NCBI RefSeq assembly: GCF_018350175.1
Contig: NC_058373.1
Location: 113,648,001-113,712,000, forward strand
Length of the DNA: 64,000 nucleotides
From: Felis catus
Taxonomy: Eukaryota
Reading direction: 5' to 3'
Shown here: piece after piece, positions 25,490-37,939 of the stretch
Layout of the letters: every line of letters starts with the position of its first letter
How positions within the stretch are numbered: the stretch's first letter is position 1
Made by a program: the position numbers and the translations under genes
Notes under the pieces: generated by a model
The model's input: only the letters and a program-made list of their open reading frames with translations
The model's database searches: none
What the model was told of the DNA's origin: nothing

Positions 25490-25786
25490 AAGAGAGGGAA
25501 AAAATCACTGAGCCTAAGGCATCTGTATGTTGTCTCTCTTTCTGTTCCCTACATTTGGCAAATCTGAAGACAATCCTCAGTAAGATTCCAGGTTAGATGA
25601 TTTAGCAGGTGGTTGTTCAGTACTCAAAGGGAAAAATGTTGGTCTCTAGGAACCAGCCTGAGTTTCTGAAAAAAATGTTATGGTAGGTTAACCTAACTTT
25701 ATTCTTCTTTGGAAGGGTTCTTAGGCCACTAATCACAAGATACAAGTGTCTGAATTTCATGCACCTTTTTTAACAAGGCCCATCTT

Positions 25787-25989
25787 CAACGTTTATTTAT
25801 TTTTGGGACAGAGAGAGACAGAGCATGAACGGGGGAGGGGCAGAGAGAGAGGGAGACACAGAATCGGAAACAGGCTCCAGGCTCTGAGCCATCAGCCCAG
25901 AGCCTGACGCGGGGCTCGAACTCACGGACCGCGAGATCGTGACCTGGCTGAAGTCGGACGCTTAACCGACTGCACCACCCAGGCGCCCC
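25787..25989 (-). mobile_element. Young SINEC_Fc-type SINE without a poly(A) tail
   Basis: TSD taaca(a/t)ggcccatctt at 25771-25786 and 25990-26005; body ends at aataaacgttg. Confidence 0.97.
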
Positions 25990-26189
25990 TAACATGGCCC
26001 ATCTTGATATCATTGTGGATGAGAGTGATATGATAACACAGTTATGTTGATAGGCAACTGATTGAACAACCATCTGAGAGAATGTTATTTAATGGAAAGA
26101 GTGTTAACTTAGAATGAAGACTCTGGGATACTATAGGATTCTGTCACCAGCTTCATGTTATATAATATATAAACAAAGAATTAAAGGAA

Positions 26190-27110
26190 AATATAGTTGG
26201 CACACTGATCAGATTTGCAGGTAATACCCAGCTGGGGAAGGGGGGCTAAAATTATTAGGCGATAGAGACAGAAGTCAAAAAAGTCCAAACATAGTGGGAT
26301 GATGGGCTTGGTTATGAAGATAAAATTTACTGAGAACAAGTTTCTACTGTAATATACAATACTGTGTATTACAGAATGGGGGAGAAGTGACTTAGATGTA
26401 GGGGTAGAGAAAAAAGACTTAACATCTTTAAGTTAAAACTCAGTATGAACAACTGTATGTTCCTTTTGAAAAAACACAGTATGATCTTAGGCTATGCTAA
26501 TAGAATGTCTGGAGTAGGGTTAGTGATAGTCCTGTTTTATTCTATGTGCATCAGACTATTCTTTACTAGATTATTATACTTTAGAGTGACAAGCTTCAGG
26601 TGCCTGGGTGGCTCAGTCAGTTAGGTATCTGACTTTGATTTCAGGTCAGGTCATGATCTCTCGGTTTGTGAGATTAGACCCCGCATGAGGCTCTGCACTG
26701 ACAGCACGGAACCTGCTTGGGATTCTCTCTCTCCCTTTCTCTGCCCCTCCCCCGCTTGTACCCCTGGCCCAAATTAATAAATAAATAAACTTAAAAAATA
26801 AAAAGAGTGACAAGCTTCAAGCACATCCAGAAGATAATGGCTTAAAATGATAAGAGGATTTCTCATGCAAGCAACCTAAAGAAAGAAGGGTCATAATAGC
26901 TATCTCCTAATATTTGGTGGGCAATCCTATATAAGAGTGGTTTAGAATGAGACTGTGAGGCTCCAGAATATAAGCTGTTTTATGGAGATAGATTTTGGCT
27001 CCATATAAAGAAGAGTTCTCTGGTCCTTAGAGATGTCCATAAAAGTGGAATGGACTGAATTAGGAATTAAATAGTGAATTTTCCAGGCTGCTCCCAAATT
27101 AGCTTCTGGG
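26190..27110 (+). mobile_element. L3/CR1 LINE remnant
   Basis: ctgatcagatttgcaggtaatacccagctgggg reads LIRFAGNTQLG (cf. CR1 RT LIKFADDTKLG); downstream gatcttaggctatgctaatagaa and gtgatagtcctgttttattct are L3-like. Confidence 0.75.
26599..26803 (+). mobile_element. Can-SINE
   Basis: TSD agagtgacaagcttca at 26583-26598 and 26804-26819. Confidence 0.96.
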
Positions 27111-27167
27111 CCTGTGGCAATAGAAGAAATGTATTCATCAGACAGGGACTAAAACTAGTTGATTTCT

Positions 27168-27399
27168 TTTTTTTTTTTATTATTATTATTTTTTTTCCAA
27201 CGTTTATTTATTTTGGGACAGAGAGAGACAGAGCATGAACAGGGGAGGGGCAGAGAGAGAGGGAGACACAGAATCGGAAACAGGCTCCAGGCTCTGAGCC
27301 ATCAGCCCGGAGCCTGACGCGGGGCTCGAACTCCCGGACCGCGAGATCGTGACCTGGCTGAAGTCCGACGCTTAACCGACTGTGCCACCCAGGCGCCCC
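27168..27399 (-). mobile_element. Young SINEC_Fc-type SINE
   Basis: CpG-rich full body; outer TSD aaactagttgatttct at 27152-27167 and 27437-27452. Confidence 0.97.
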
Positions 27400-27782
27400 T
27401 TTTCTTTTCTTTTTTTTTTTTTTAAATTTTTTTTTTAAACTAGTTGATTTCTAAGATGCAGTCTGACTTTTTTTGGTGGTGTACTCCCTGTTTGTTTACA
27501 ACCAATCTTACTCCTTGTCATTTGGCAAAGAAGCAGAGAGTGTCTTTGACCATAAATTGAGAAGCAGGAATCATCTATTTATGTGAGTATCAAAACATGC
27601 CTGTTGCTTCTGCAAGGAGCTTTATTCTTTTCTACTCATTCCTAAAATATCTTCCTGAAATTAAAAGGACTTAACATAGGAGGTTAGAAGGGGAAATATA
27701 TTCTTTCCAGGAAACATTGTTTATGATTTGATTCATTTTGATTAGCACCAAAACCAAGATGATGACATGGCAGCTCTTAGGT

Positions 27783-27963
27783 AGAGAGGGAGAGAGCCAA
27801 ACCATAAGAGACTCTTGAAAACTGAGAGTAAACTGAGGGTTGATGGTAAGTGGGAGGGAGGGGAGGATGGGTGATGGGCACTGAAGAGGGCACCTGTTGG
27901 GAGGAGCACTGGGTGTTGTATGGAAACCAATTTGATAATACATTTCATATTAAAAAAAAAAAA
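27783..27963 (+). mobile_element. Felid/carnivore L1 3' end, 5'-truncated
   Basis: aaaccataagagactcttgaaaactgag...gagcactgggtgttgtatggaaaccaatttga...poly(A); no clear TSD. Confidence 0.9.
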
Positions 27964-29114
27964 GATAGTGCTATGAAACCAATAAACACATAGCCACATC
28001 AGAATAACCAGTTCATTGGGTTTGTTCACTCATTTGTTCATTTACTCATTTCATTTATAAATATTTTTGACTACTTGGTAAGAGCTGGGCACTGTTAGGT
28101 GTTAGGAAGTTTATATATAGTATAAGTTCTCTCATGAAAAGTCTGTTATAGACTCTGTGTCTTATAAGTTGCTAAGAAACACATTTACTAAAATAATAAA
28201 CAAGTATCACTCCTTATTTTTTATTTTTTTATGAGGTCAACTACAAAGTATACAAGAAATGCTGAAAAATCCTGTGTTTAACTGTATGTTAACTATTATG
28301 TGTATTCATAGGAAGTCACATATTTATATACATCATCAGTATTAACATTGCTTTGAAACTGAATTCTGAGGTAGAACTTGGTTTTTCAGAGTTTTATAGT
28401 GTCAGAGTTATGTGTATTTTTTTCTTTTTCTTTTTCTTTCTTTCTTTCTTTCCTTTTGGATTGTTAATTTCCATGTTGTTCTTTGAAAGGAAAAATAAAA
28501 TATTGTATAAGGGTTTTAAAAATACATAGTAATCACTCTTTTTTGAGGGAAAATGCCTTCCTTGCTCTCTTGGCTAAATGTTTTTAGCCAGTTTTAATTT
28601 CAATGTGTATTATTGCTAAGTAGACAAGAATGATCTTGAAAAAAGAAAGCTTTTGATATATTAAGCCAACAAAGGCATTGCCTGAAGGATAAGTTAATAG
28701 TTGAATACATTCGCTGACTGTGCTGCCAAGTTTTATCTTTAATTTATTTTAATATAGGAAGGTAACTCTCTGTCTTTCATCTTAAAAATATACCTATTAA
28801 CATTAACTTATAAATTATTATCACACCCAGGTAGGGTAGAGTAGTAGTGTCTAGTTTTGCAGTTAGAAATGTAAAATGAGAAGCTGGTGCTCCTCTGTGT
28901 AACTATAGCAAAGCAAGATTCGAGGCAGGGAGGGGTCCCCTCTGGTTGATTTTTAAGTCATCTATACATGTCTAAGACTGTTGCTTCTGCCAGATTGTCT
29001 TTGAAGTTTCCCTGGATTCTTTGGCAAAATATTAGTTCTTGCCCATCAGTCTTTCCATCCCCAGGTTATGATCTTCTCTGACATTTCCCGTAATCATCTC
29101 AACATTGTAGAGAA

Positions 29115-29606
29115 TGGAAGAGATATTTGTATACTCATGTTTATAGCAGCATTATTCACAATAGTCAAAAAGTGAATCAACTCAAATGTCCATCAGTGGA
29201 TGAATGGATAAACAAAAGATGGTATACACATACAGTGGAATATTAATCAGTCTTGGAAGGAATTCTGATCTATGCTACAACATGTGTGAACCTTCAGGAC
29301 ATTATGATGAGTGAAATAAGCAAGTCAAATAGTCAAAAAAGACAAATAGTATATGATTCCACTTATATGAAGGATCTAGAGTGGTCAAATTCATAGAGAC
29401 AGAAAGTAGAATGATGGTTGGTAGGGAAGGGAGAAGGGGCAAATGAGATGTTGTTTAATGGGTGTAGTGTTTTAGTTTTGCAAGATGAAAAAGTTCTGGA
29501 GATTGGTTGCACAACAATGTGAATATACCTAACACTATTGAACTATGTACTTACAAATGATGATGGTAAAAAAATTTAATATGTATTTTACCACAATTAA
29601 AAAAAG
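29115..29606 (+). mobile_element. L1MB-like 3' end
   Basis: atgtttatagcagcattattcacaatag...aaattcatagagacagaaagtagaatg...gtattttaccacaattaaaaaa. Confidence 0.9.
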
Positions 29607-30024
29607 AACTTTCAAAAATATTTCAAAAGGTTAGCTAAACAAAAACATCCCCTTTACATTAAAAATATTTAAAACATTTCAGAGAAATGAAAAATAACAA
29701 AAATAAAAACTAAAAAAATAGCCTCTATCAAAACTGACTGGTTACCACATTAAAGTTTTTTGGCTTTGACCTTCAGGATTTGAGCTGTAAGACAAACTCA
29801 CAAAGGATGTAACTCAGTCATTTACTCCACATGCCCAAAACTGAACTTGGGATTTTTTCCCCCACAAATTTTTTCTTGCTCCCTCTGACCCAAGTTAGAC
29901 ATATGTGTGTCAACCCACACTTCTTTTTTTCCTTTATGCTCCAAATACTATTGATGGCCAAGTTCTACTAATAATATATTCTTCACCTTTCTCATATCTG
30001 CCTTCTCTGCATCAGTGGTACAAT

Positions 30025-31615
30025 TTATTCATTCAAGGAATACTTTGTTAGCAGCTACAAAGTGCCAGGCTTGGTTTTGGTTGATTGGGCTGTATCAGTG
30101 AACAAAAATAGGTCCCCATTCCCATGAAACATGCAGGGAAGACAGATAATAAAGAATATATCTAAGTGTCAAGTAAATTGTATAATATTTTAGAAGGTGT
30201 TAATGCCATGAAAAGAGAAAAAGTAGGATAGGAAAGGGGGTTTGGATGTGCATATGGTGGGAGAGAGTTGCAATTAAAAATATAGTGGTCTGTATAGACC
30301 TCACTGAGAAGATGAAATTTCAGCAAAAACCTGAAAAAGGTTAGGGAATGCGCCATGAGAATATCTGGGGAAAAGCTTTCCAGACAGAGGGAATAGCCAG
30401 CACAAAGGCTGTAAGATGAGAGCATTTCTGGTGAGTTCATGGAACACCAAGGAAGCCAGTACATCTGGAGTAGAGAGAGCAAAGGGAAGAGTCATGGGAA
30501 ATGAGGTCATAGAGGTAACAGTGGTCAGCTCATGTAGGGCCTTTGTGGGGCATTTGGATGAAGGAAGTGTTGAGCAGAGGAGAAATACCTGATTTGTATT
30601 TTAAATGAGTCACTTTGGCTTCTGGGTTGAGAATAGGTTGTATGGGCAAGGGCTGAAACAGAGACCAGATTGAAGTTTGTTGGAATGTTTAAATCAAGAA
30701 ATGAAGATGGGTTGGATGGAGTGGTTGATGGTAGTACAGGTGGTGAAATGAGGTTGGATTCAATATATTTTGAAGAGAGAACTGATGGGAGTTTCTAATA
30801 GATTAGACATCAAGCATAAGAGAGTCAAGATAAATCTAAGTCTTTTTGTCCCAAGTAATAGGATTTCCCATCAATTGAGATGGGAAGGCTGATGGTAGAA
30901 CAAGTTTAGAGGGGAGGTGTTGAATTATTGGACTTGTTAACTTTGAGGTGCCTATTTCATATCCAAGTGGATGTATGGAATAGACAGATATGTGAGTTTA
31001 GAATTCCAGTGGAAATAAATTTGGGAGTCATATGCAAATATATGGTATTTCGTTTTTCTTTTTTCTTTTTCCTTCAAGTTGTTATTTAAATTAGTTAACA
31101 TACAGTGTAACAGTTTCATCTATAGAATCTAGTGATTCATCACTTGCATACAATACCCATCACAGTAAGTGCATTCCTAAATATCCATCACCCATTTAAA
31201 CACCCTCCCCCCCCCACCTCCCTCTAAGAGCAACCCTCAGTTTGTTCTCTGTAGTTGAGAGTCTGTTTTCTGGTTTGCCTCTCTTTTTCCCCTCTATGTT
31301 CATTTGTTGTTTCTTAAATTCCACATATGAGTGAAATCCTATGGTATTTGTCTTTCTCTAACTGACTTATTTTGCTTAGCATAAGCAAATATATGGTATT
31401 TAAAACAAAAGACTAGAATAAGTAGGTAGAGAAAAGGGACAAGAACTGAGCACAAGGCACTTCAACACTAATATAGCTACACTGGAGCAGGGTGGAGGAG
31501 GAAAAAAAGAAATTGACTAAGGACACTAAGAAGAAGCAACCAGTGAGATAAGGAAGAAATCAGGTGCGGTGCCCTAGAAGGCAAGTGAAGGAAGTGTATC
31601 AAGGAGAGAGTGATT
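30025..31615 (-). mobile_element. L2 (L2a-like), about 1.2 kb net
   Basis: Begins with the reverse L2 3' end ttattcattcaaggaatactttgttagcagctacaaagtgccaggc; purine-rich L2 body. Confidence 0.88.
31051..31384 (-). mobile_element. Carnivore L1 3' end
   Basis: Perfect 17-bp TSD gcaaatatatggtattt at 31034-31050 and 31385-31401; L1 motif ttccacatatgagtgaaatcctatggtatttgtctttctc. Confidence 0.93.
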
Positions 31616-32524
31616 CATCATTGCCTTAGTTTAGATCTTCATAGTTATTTCTTAAGTTATATAGTATACTCTATCTCTTATTCCCTCTCCAAACCCATCC
31701 ATATACCCCATCCTTTTCTGTTCTTTTATCAAAATATTCTTTAAAACAAACAAACCCACAAAGACACAAAAACACAAAAGAAAATGTTATTCTATAATTA
31801 AAATGTTATCAGGTACTCCCAGTTGTCTATGGAATCTATGCTCCTTTTCAAGATACAGATTTTTATGATCTACCATCTCTATTTCTTTAGTCTCATCTCA
31901 TCCCTTTCTGACTCTCATACTATCTCATGCCTCTTCTTTCTGGAATACATTGTGTTTTCCTATACTCATCCATCTCCAAATTCACTTATCGAAAACCTAT
32001 GTATCTTTCAAATCTTAACTCAGGCATTGCATTTGGGTAAAGGGTTTTCTTAGCACTCACCTCTAAGCAGAATTGACTGCTTCCTTCCTTGCCCCAATTT
32101 TAGCCAGTAACATGCTCTTCTTAAAACCCTCAATAACATATTATTGTAGTACTTATTTTCTGTCTCCCTCATAAACTTCATGAGGGCAAATATTATTCCT
32201 AATTTATCTCTCTATCCCCAGACTTTGGCATAATGTGTGACACCTGGTAGTACTGAACAAAGACTTGTTAAAAGGGGATTTTTTTTTTTTGCTTTAAACA
32301 GTCAATTATGTTTGAAGGAATTAAGTAAATGAGGAGGAAAGTCTTTTATATACTTATTTTAATATTAAATGTTAAAAATAAATTTATTTAATACATTTAT
32401 TGACTTAAATTAAAAGTTTATAAATAATATATAAAACAGTATTAAATTTAAATGCAAACAATTTATAAATATATATTTAATATTTATTAACAAATATTAA
32501 GTATTAAAACCAAATATTAATATT

Positions 32525-32744
32525 TTTTAAAATATTTTTTTAACATTTATTTATTTTTGAGACAGAGAGAGACAGAGCATGAACGGGGGAGGGGCAGAGA
32601 GAGAGGGAGACACAGAATCGGAAGCAGGCTCCAGGCTCTGAGCCATCAGCCCAGAGCCTGACGCGGGGCTCGAACTCACGGACCGCGAGATCGTGACCTG
32701 AGCTGAAGTCAGACACTTAACCAACTGAGCCACCCAGGCGCCCC
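32525..32744 (-). mobile_element. SINEC_Fc-type SINE
   Basis: TSD accaaatattaatatt at 32509-32524 and 32745-32760. Confidence 0.97.
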
Positions 32745-32869
32745 ACCAAATATTAATATTAAATGCCACATATTTATTATTTCTGGTATTCTTCATTACT
32801 TTGCATAGATCCAAGTTTTCATCTGGCAGTGTTTAGCATCATCCTGAAGAATGTTCTTTAACATTTCTT

Positions 32870-33102
32870 TTTTTTATTTTTTGTTTTATTTTATTCTTAG
32901 CGTTTATTCCTTTTTGAGACACAGAGAGAGACAGAGCACAAGCAAGGGTGGGGCAGAGAGAGAGACACACACAGAATCTGAAGCAGGCTCCAGGCTCTAA
33001 GCTGTCAGCACAGAGCCCAATGTGGGGCTTGAACTCATGAACCGTAAGATCATGTCTCAGCCAAAGTTGGATACTTAACCAACTCGGCCACCCAGGTGCC
33101 CC
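32870..33102 (-). mobile_element. Can-SINE
   Basis: TSD tctttaacatttctt at 32855-32869 and 33103-33117. Confidence 0.96.
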
Positions 33103-33803
33103 TCTTTAACATTTCTTATAGTGCAGACATGCATGCAATAAATTCTGAGTCTTTGTTTTCCTGAAAAAATATCAAAAATTTTTGAAGGATATTTTTGCTA
33201 GATATAGAATTCTAGGTTGACAATGTTTTGTGTTTTTCCCTTTTAACACGTTAAACTCAACTGATACTGTTCCACAGATGGTGAGCCTGTTTTTGTCTTT
33301 TCCTGTCTGTGCCTCAGTTTGGATAATTTCTATTGTTGTGCTTCAAGTTCAGTGATCTTTTCTTGTGTCTAATCTGTGATGAATTACATGAATGAATTTT
33401 TCACTTCATATATTGTGTTTTTCATTTCTAGAAGCTCTGGGTTTTTGTTTTGTTGTTTGTTTTAGTCTTTTATATCTCTACTTATTTTCATGTTTTCCTT
33501 TACATCTATGAGCATAAATGTAGTTCTTTTATAGTCTTTATCTGCTATTTATTTTTGTTATTTACATGTCTGTTTTATTTTCTAATGTTTTCTATATGGG
33601 TCTCATTTTCTTGATTCTTTGCATGTCTGATAATTTTGGATTAGATGATGGATATTGTGAATGTTCTGTTGTTGAGTGCAGAATTTACTATCTTTCTGGT
33701 AAGACTGTTAGGCTTAGTTATAACAAGTAGTAAGTTAATTGTGGATCGGTTCAATTCTTTGGAAGTGTTTTTTAGTGTGTCTAGAGTTGTCTTTACTTTA
33801 GGG

Positions 33804-34004
33804 CAGTGGTCCTCAAAGTGTGGAACCTGGACCAACAGCATCATTATTACCTGGGAACTTGTTACAAATGTAAATTCTAGCACTTTGTGCCATAATAACT
33901 GAATAAAAAACTGGGGGTGGGGGGGGGTGAGGTGATGCTTAACAATCTGTGTTTTAACAAACCTTCCAGGTTATTCTGATGCACTCTAACTTTTAAGAAT
34001 CAGT
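33804..34004. mobile_element. MER5A-like hAT MITE
   Basis: cagtggtcctcaaagtgtgg...ccaacagcatcattattacctgggaacttgttacaaatg...aatctgtgttttaacaaaccttccaggttattctgatgc. Confidence 0.88.
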
Positions 34005-34631
34005 ACTGTAGAGCTAGTTTAGCTTTGCTACTAGTGTGTGACCCTTCTGGAGTTTCTATGCTCTAGATATTTATCCAGGTCTCTACTTTAGCTGGTGAAA
34101 ATGTCATACAGCATTGTATGAGTTCTAGATATTATTCAGATTACCACTTATGATACTTTAATTGGCTTTGTGACATTTATTCTGTACTTGCACAGGTTAA
34201 TTTTCACCCATAGTCTCAAGAAGACCCCTGTGCAGACTTCTTGAGCTCTTCTCTGCATAGCTCCCTTCTTTTGAGTTCTCTGTTCTACAGATTCCATCCC
34301 TTTCCTCCTCTTTAATCTCTGAACTCAGTCACCCCAATTCAACAAGGTATTTATACTTTGCTTAGGTTAGCACTCCCTATGTTGCATTCCAGAAAGTGCT
34401 TCCTGACAGACATTTTGGGGATATTTTAGCGACTTACCTTGTTCATTTCCCTGCACTTAGGGATCTCAGTCCTCCACTGACTTTTGTCCAATGTGTGACA
34501 GTAGTTCCTTTATATATTTTGTTTAGTTTTCTCACTGTTTATAGCAGGAGGACAGCTCTGGTCCCAATTGTTCTGTTATGGCTTCAGGTACTTATTTTTT
34601 ATGGTCAGGAGATCACATGAGAGCTACTTCT

Positions 34632-34849
34632 CTCTCTCTCTGTCTCTTTAAAGTATATTTATTTATTTTGAGAGAGACAAAGAGAGCACAAGCAGGGAAG
34701 GGGCAGAATGAGGGGGGAGAATCCCAAGCAGGCTCCACACCACCAGTGAAGGACCTGATGCAGGACTTGAACCCATGGAACTGTGAGATCATGACCCGAG
34801 CTGAAACCAGGAGTTGGACTGTCAACCAACTGAGCCATCCAGGTGCCCC
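34632..34849 (-). mobile_element. Can-SINE
   Basis: TSD catgagagcta(c/a)ttct at 34616-34631 and 34851-34866. Confidence 0.95.
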
Positions 34850-35089
34850 TCATGAGAGCTAATTCTGTGAGGAAAATGAACAGCGTATTAGTTTCTTCAC
34901 ATTACTTATGGCACTACTAGAGTGTTATATGTTCTGCATATTAGGCACTATGCTAGGACAGGAGGCTTCAAACCTAACTATGATAGGGTTTTGACTTCAA
35001 AGATCTCATAACCTATGAGAGAAGACTGACATAAACAACTCATTATGGCAGCCTATGATAAAGGCTATAATAGAGCAACCTGAAATTAT

Positions 35090-35290
35090 ATGAAGATCCT
35101 GGACTTTGAAATCAATGGGCTTCATTTGAATCTCAACTCTATGACTTATTATTGTGGTGTTGTGTAACCTCTCATCACCTTGGTTTCTTATTCTGCAAAA
35201 TGGAGAAAATACTTGTAAGACTGTTGAGAAGATTGAAATAAAATTCTTTTATAGAATACTTGGCATGTAGTAGAGGCTCACTGTCAGCTC
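35090..35290 (+). mobile_element. MIR remnant
   Basis: ggactttgaaatca...tttgaatctcaactct...aacctctcatcaccttggtttcttattctgcaaaatggag...gttgagaagattgaaat. Confidence 0.7.
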
Positions 35291-36612
35291 CTTTCCCCTT
35301 AGAATTAACATAGGACAGAGAAGCAGTTAATTATTACTGTTTAAATCGTCAGGGAGGAAATGACATTTAAGTTGTGCCTTGAATGCAGAGTAGGATTTTG
35401 ATATATGTTAGATGGGTTCCAAGGACATTCTACTTTAAAGGAACTGAATGAGCAAGGGCTCAAAGGTGTAAAAGGTAGGGAAGTCTGTAAATATACTTAT
35501 GAAAGTTAGCATAGTCCAGAGCCTTAAGCAGTATGGATCTTAAAAAAAAAATCCTAGTAGTAGGAAAGTAAAAATAAAGAAAAAAAAGAACAAACAGAAA
35601 ATCTAACCCATAGTAAAAGTATACTTCCTTAGGCCATTCCTATTTACTGCCATGACTAATAAATCTGGGAAGGCCTGTGGAAAATTCCTGTGGGCTGATA
35701 TTTTCCTAACCACTATTCAAAACTACTTTAAGTTGATATTCTAAGCTGATCATTTCATTAATATTAAACTCTAGAGCATGTTCCCAAGTTTCTAAGAGTG
35801 CTGAATTGTTTTTCTGCTATCTGTTTCCTTTTTATCTTTTTTATCTTTCTTGTCCTATAAAAATTAATTCCCCAGGTTTTCTAAGTGATTGAGAATGTGA
35901 AAGTACTGAAAAGACATTTCTTAGACTCTTCTATGTCTTTCTATATTCACATTTAGTAGGATTGCTGTCAAGATTTAGTAAAATATATAAATAATATATT
36001 CTCCCTTTCTTTTGGTAGAGAATTCTAAACTTAAGTGTTTTATTTCTTTGAGGTTAAGATTGGTTGTAATGAGATTTTTGTTTGTGTTTTTGTTTTAAAT
36101 TACTATTTTGTATACTGTTTATTAAGAATCAGATGGCTTCCTGGATTGAGTTTGCTTCCTTTCTCCAGTGGGTAACTTTTATCTGACCTTAAGGTATTTA
36201 TTCGATTATTATTTTCTTTGATTTGTGAAGTTCTGGAATATTTTAGAAAAAATGAGCCTCATGGAGAGAGCTGTTACCCCTGAAAATGATAAGACCAGAA
36301 ATGGACAAAAACAAAACTCAGACATCACCCTTGAAATCTGGATTTTAAGGTTTTAAAAAGTCCTTTGCCCCTCTCTCTGATACCAATCACTGATAAGTCT
36401 GTCCCTCTCCTCTGTGATATGTTCTCACACAAAAAAATCCTCTTGTGTTTGTGTGAGAATTACATTGAGTTCATAAATTAAATTGAGGAGAATTTACATA
36501 TTTATAATATTGAATTTTGTCGTTCATGAATATGGTTTATTTATTTAGGCCTTTAATAATTATAGAGTTTTATCTTTAAAGATCTTGTACACTATGTATT
36601 AGATCTATTGAT

Positions 36613-36805
36613 TTGAAAAAAATTTTTAATGTTTATTTATTTTTGAGAGAGAGATAGAGTGTGAACAAGGGGGGGGGGAGAGAGGGAGAAACCTTTCCTT
36701 AAAAAAATTTTTTTAAATGTTTATTCATTTTTTTTTTTTTTTTTTTTGAGAGAGAGACAGAGTACAAGCAGGGGAGGGGCAGAGAGAGAGACACAGAATT
36801 GAAGC
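36613..36805 (-). mobile_element. Two tandem 5'-truncated Can-SINE 3' halves
   Basis: Two tail+GA units (about 36613-36689 and 36700-36805) with no tRNA head; flanks tattagatctatt / tattagatttatt. Confidence 0.8.
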
Positions 36806-37182
36806 ACACCCTTATTAGATTTATTAATAAGCTTTTAATAGTTTTTAAAAATGGGAGTTATTTTTTGTTAAACAAATTGGTTGTTGCCTCAGAAAATTGA
36901 TTTTTATATATAGATTTTAAGGCCAGCAAATTTGCTTTATATGTTTATTAAAATGGTTTGTACATTTTCTTAGATTTTCCAGGGAAAGAATCAGATTATA
37001 TGCAGTGGCAGTGTTTCTTTTCCTTTCCAAATCTTACACTACTCAATTCTTGAATAGAAGTGGTGATAGTGGGACCTTTGTTTGTTCCTGACTTAAAGAG
37101 ACTCCCTCTAACATATCATTTTTCATGTTAGAAATTTTCTTTGTTGCTGGATTGGTGGGCATTTTTTAAAGTAGTGAATCAA

Positions 37183-37341
37183 GGGGTTCCTGGGTGGCTC
37201 TGTTGGTTGAGCATGAAACTTTGACTCAGGTCATGATCTCATGGTTTGTGAGTTTGAGCCCCATGTCGGACTCTGTGCTGACAACTCAGAGCCTGGAGCC
37301 TGCTTCAGATTCTGGGTCTCCCTCTCTCTCTGCTCCTCACC

Positions 37342-37392
<51 letters not shown>

Positions 37393-37425
37393 AAAAACAA
37401 ATAAAAACATTTAAACAAATTTTAA
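37183..37425 (+). mobile_element. Can-SINE with expanded (CT)n
   Basis: TSD taaagtagtgaat at 37167-37179 and 37426-37438. Confidence 0.95.
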
Positions 37426-37939
37426 TAAAGTAGTGAATTTTAAATGGTTTTTGTGTACCTACTGAGATAAATCATATGAATTTTCTTTCTTCTGTTAATG
37501 TAATAAAATTTGTTAATGGATTTTCCAGTGTTAAACAGTTCTTGTATTCCCAAACTCTATTTAGTTACTTGAAAATAATACATTGCTAGATTTCTTTTGT
37601 TAATATTTTGTTTAGGAATGCCCTGTGACTTTTCTTTCTAGTATTATACCTTTTTGATCATAGAATAAGCTTGGTAGCTTTTCCTAATTTTCTAATATCT
37701 GGAAAAATTTGTCTAATATAGGATATATTCCCTAAGGATATGGTAACACTTATTTTATACCCTGTGTACCTAGTGAAGTTTTTAGGTAGGATGTTGTTTT
37801 TGCTTGTTTTTGTAGATTAAAATAAAGTATCACATACATATGGAAAAGTGCATAAATCATAAATGTACAGCTCAATGAATTTTCACAAACTGAACAAATC
37901 CATGTAACCATAATCCAGATCAAGAAACTAAACATTACT

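Larger units (their letters stand above)
29820..32270 (+). mobile_element. Host L2 in two pieces (about 29820-30015 and 31616-32270)
   Basis: catgcccaaaactgaactt...; resumes at catcattgccttagtttagatc; ends with L2 3' motif gcataatgtgtgacacctggtagtactgaacaaagacttgtt. Confidence 0.6.
32770..34590 (-). mobile_element. Old L1M internal/5' region
   Basis: ttttgaaggatatttttgctagatatagaattctaggttgaca and gtttggataatttctattg...ttcaagttcagtgatc are typical reverse L1 ORF1-region motifs. Confidence 0.7.

Noticed and set aside
25786..26073. ORFs sharing GAPGW..RLSVRLQPGHDLAVREFEPR (also 63246..63473)
   Set aside because: These are translations of young SINE copies, not a gene family.
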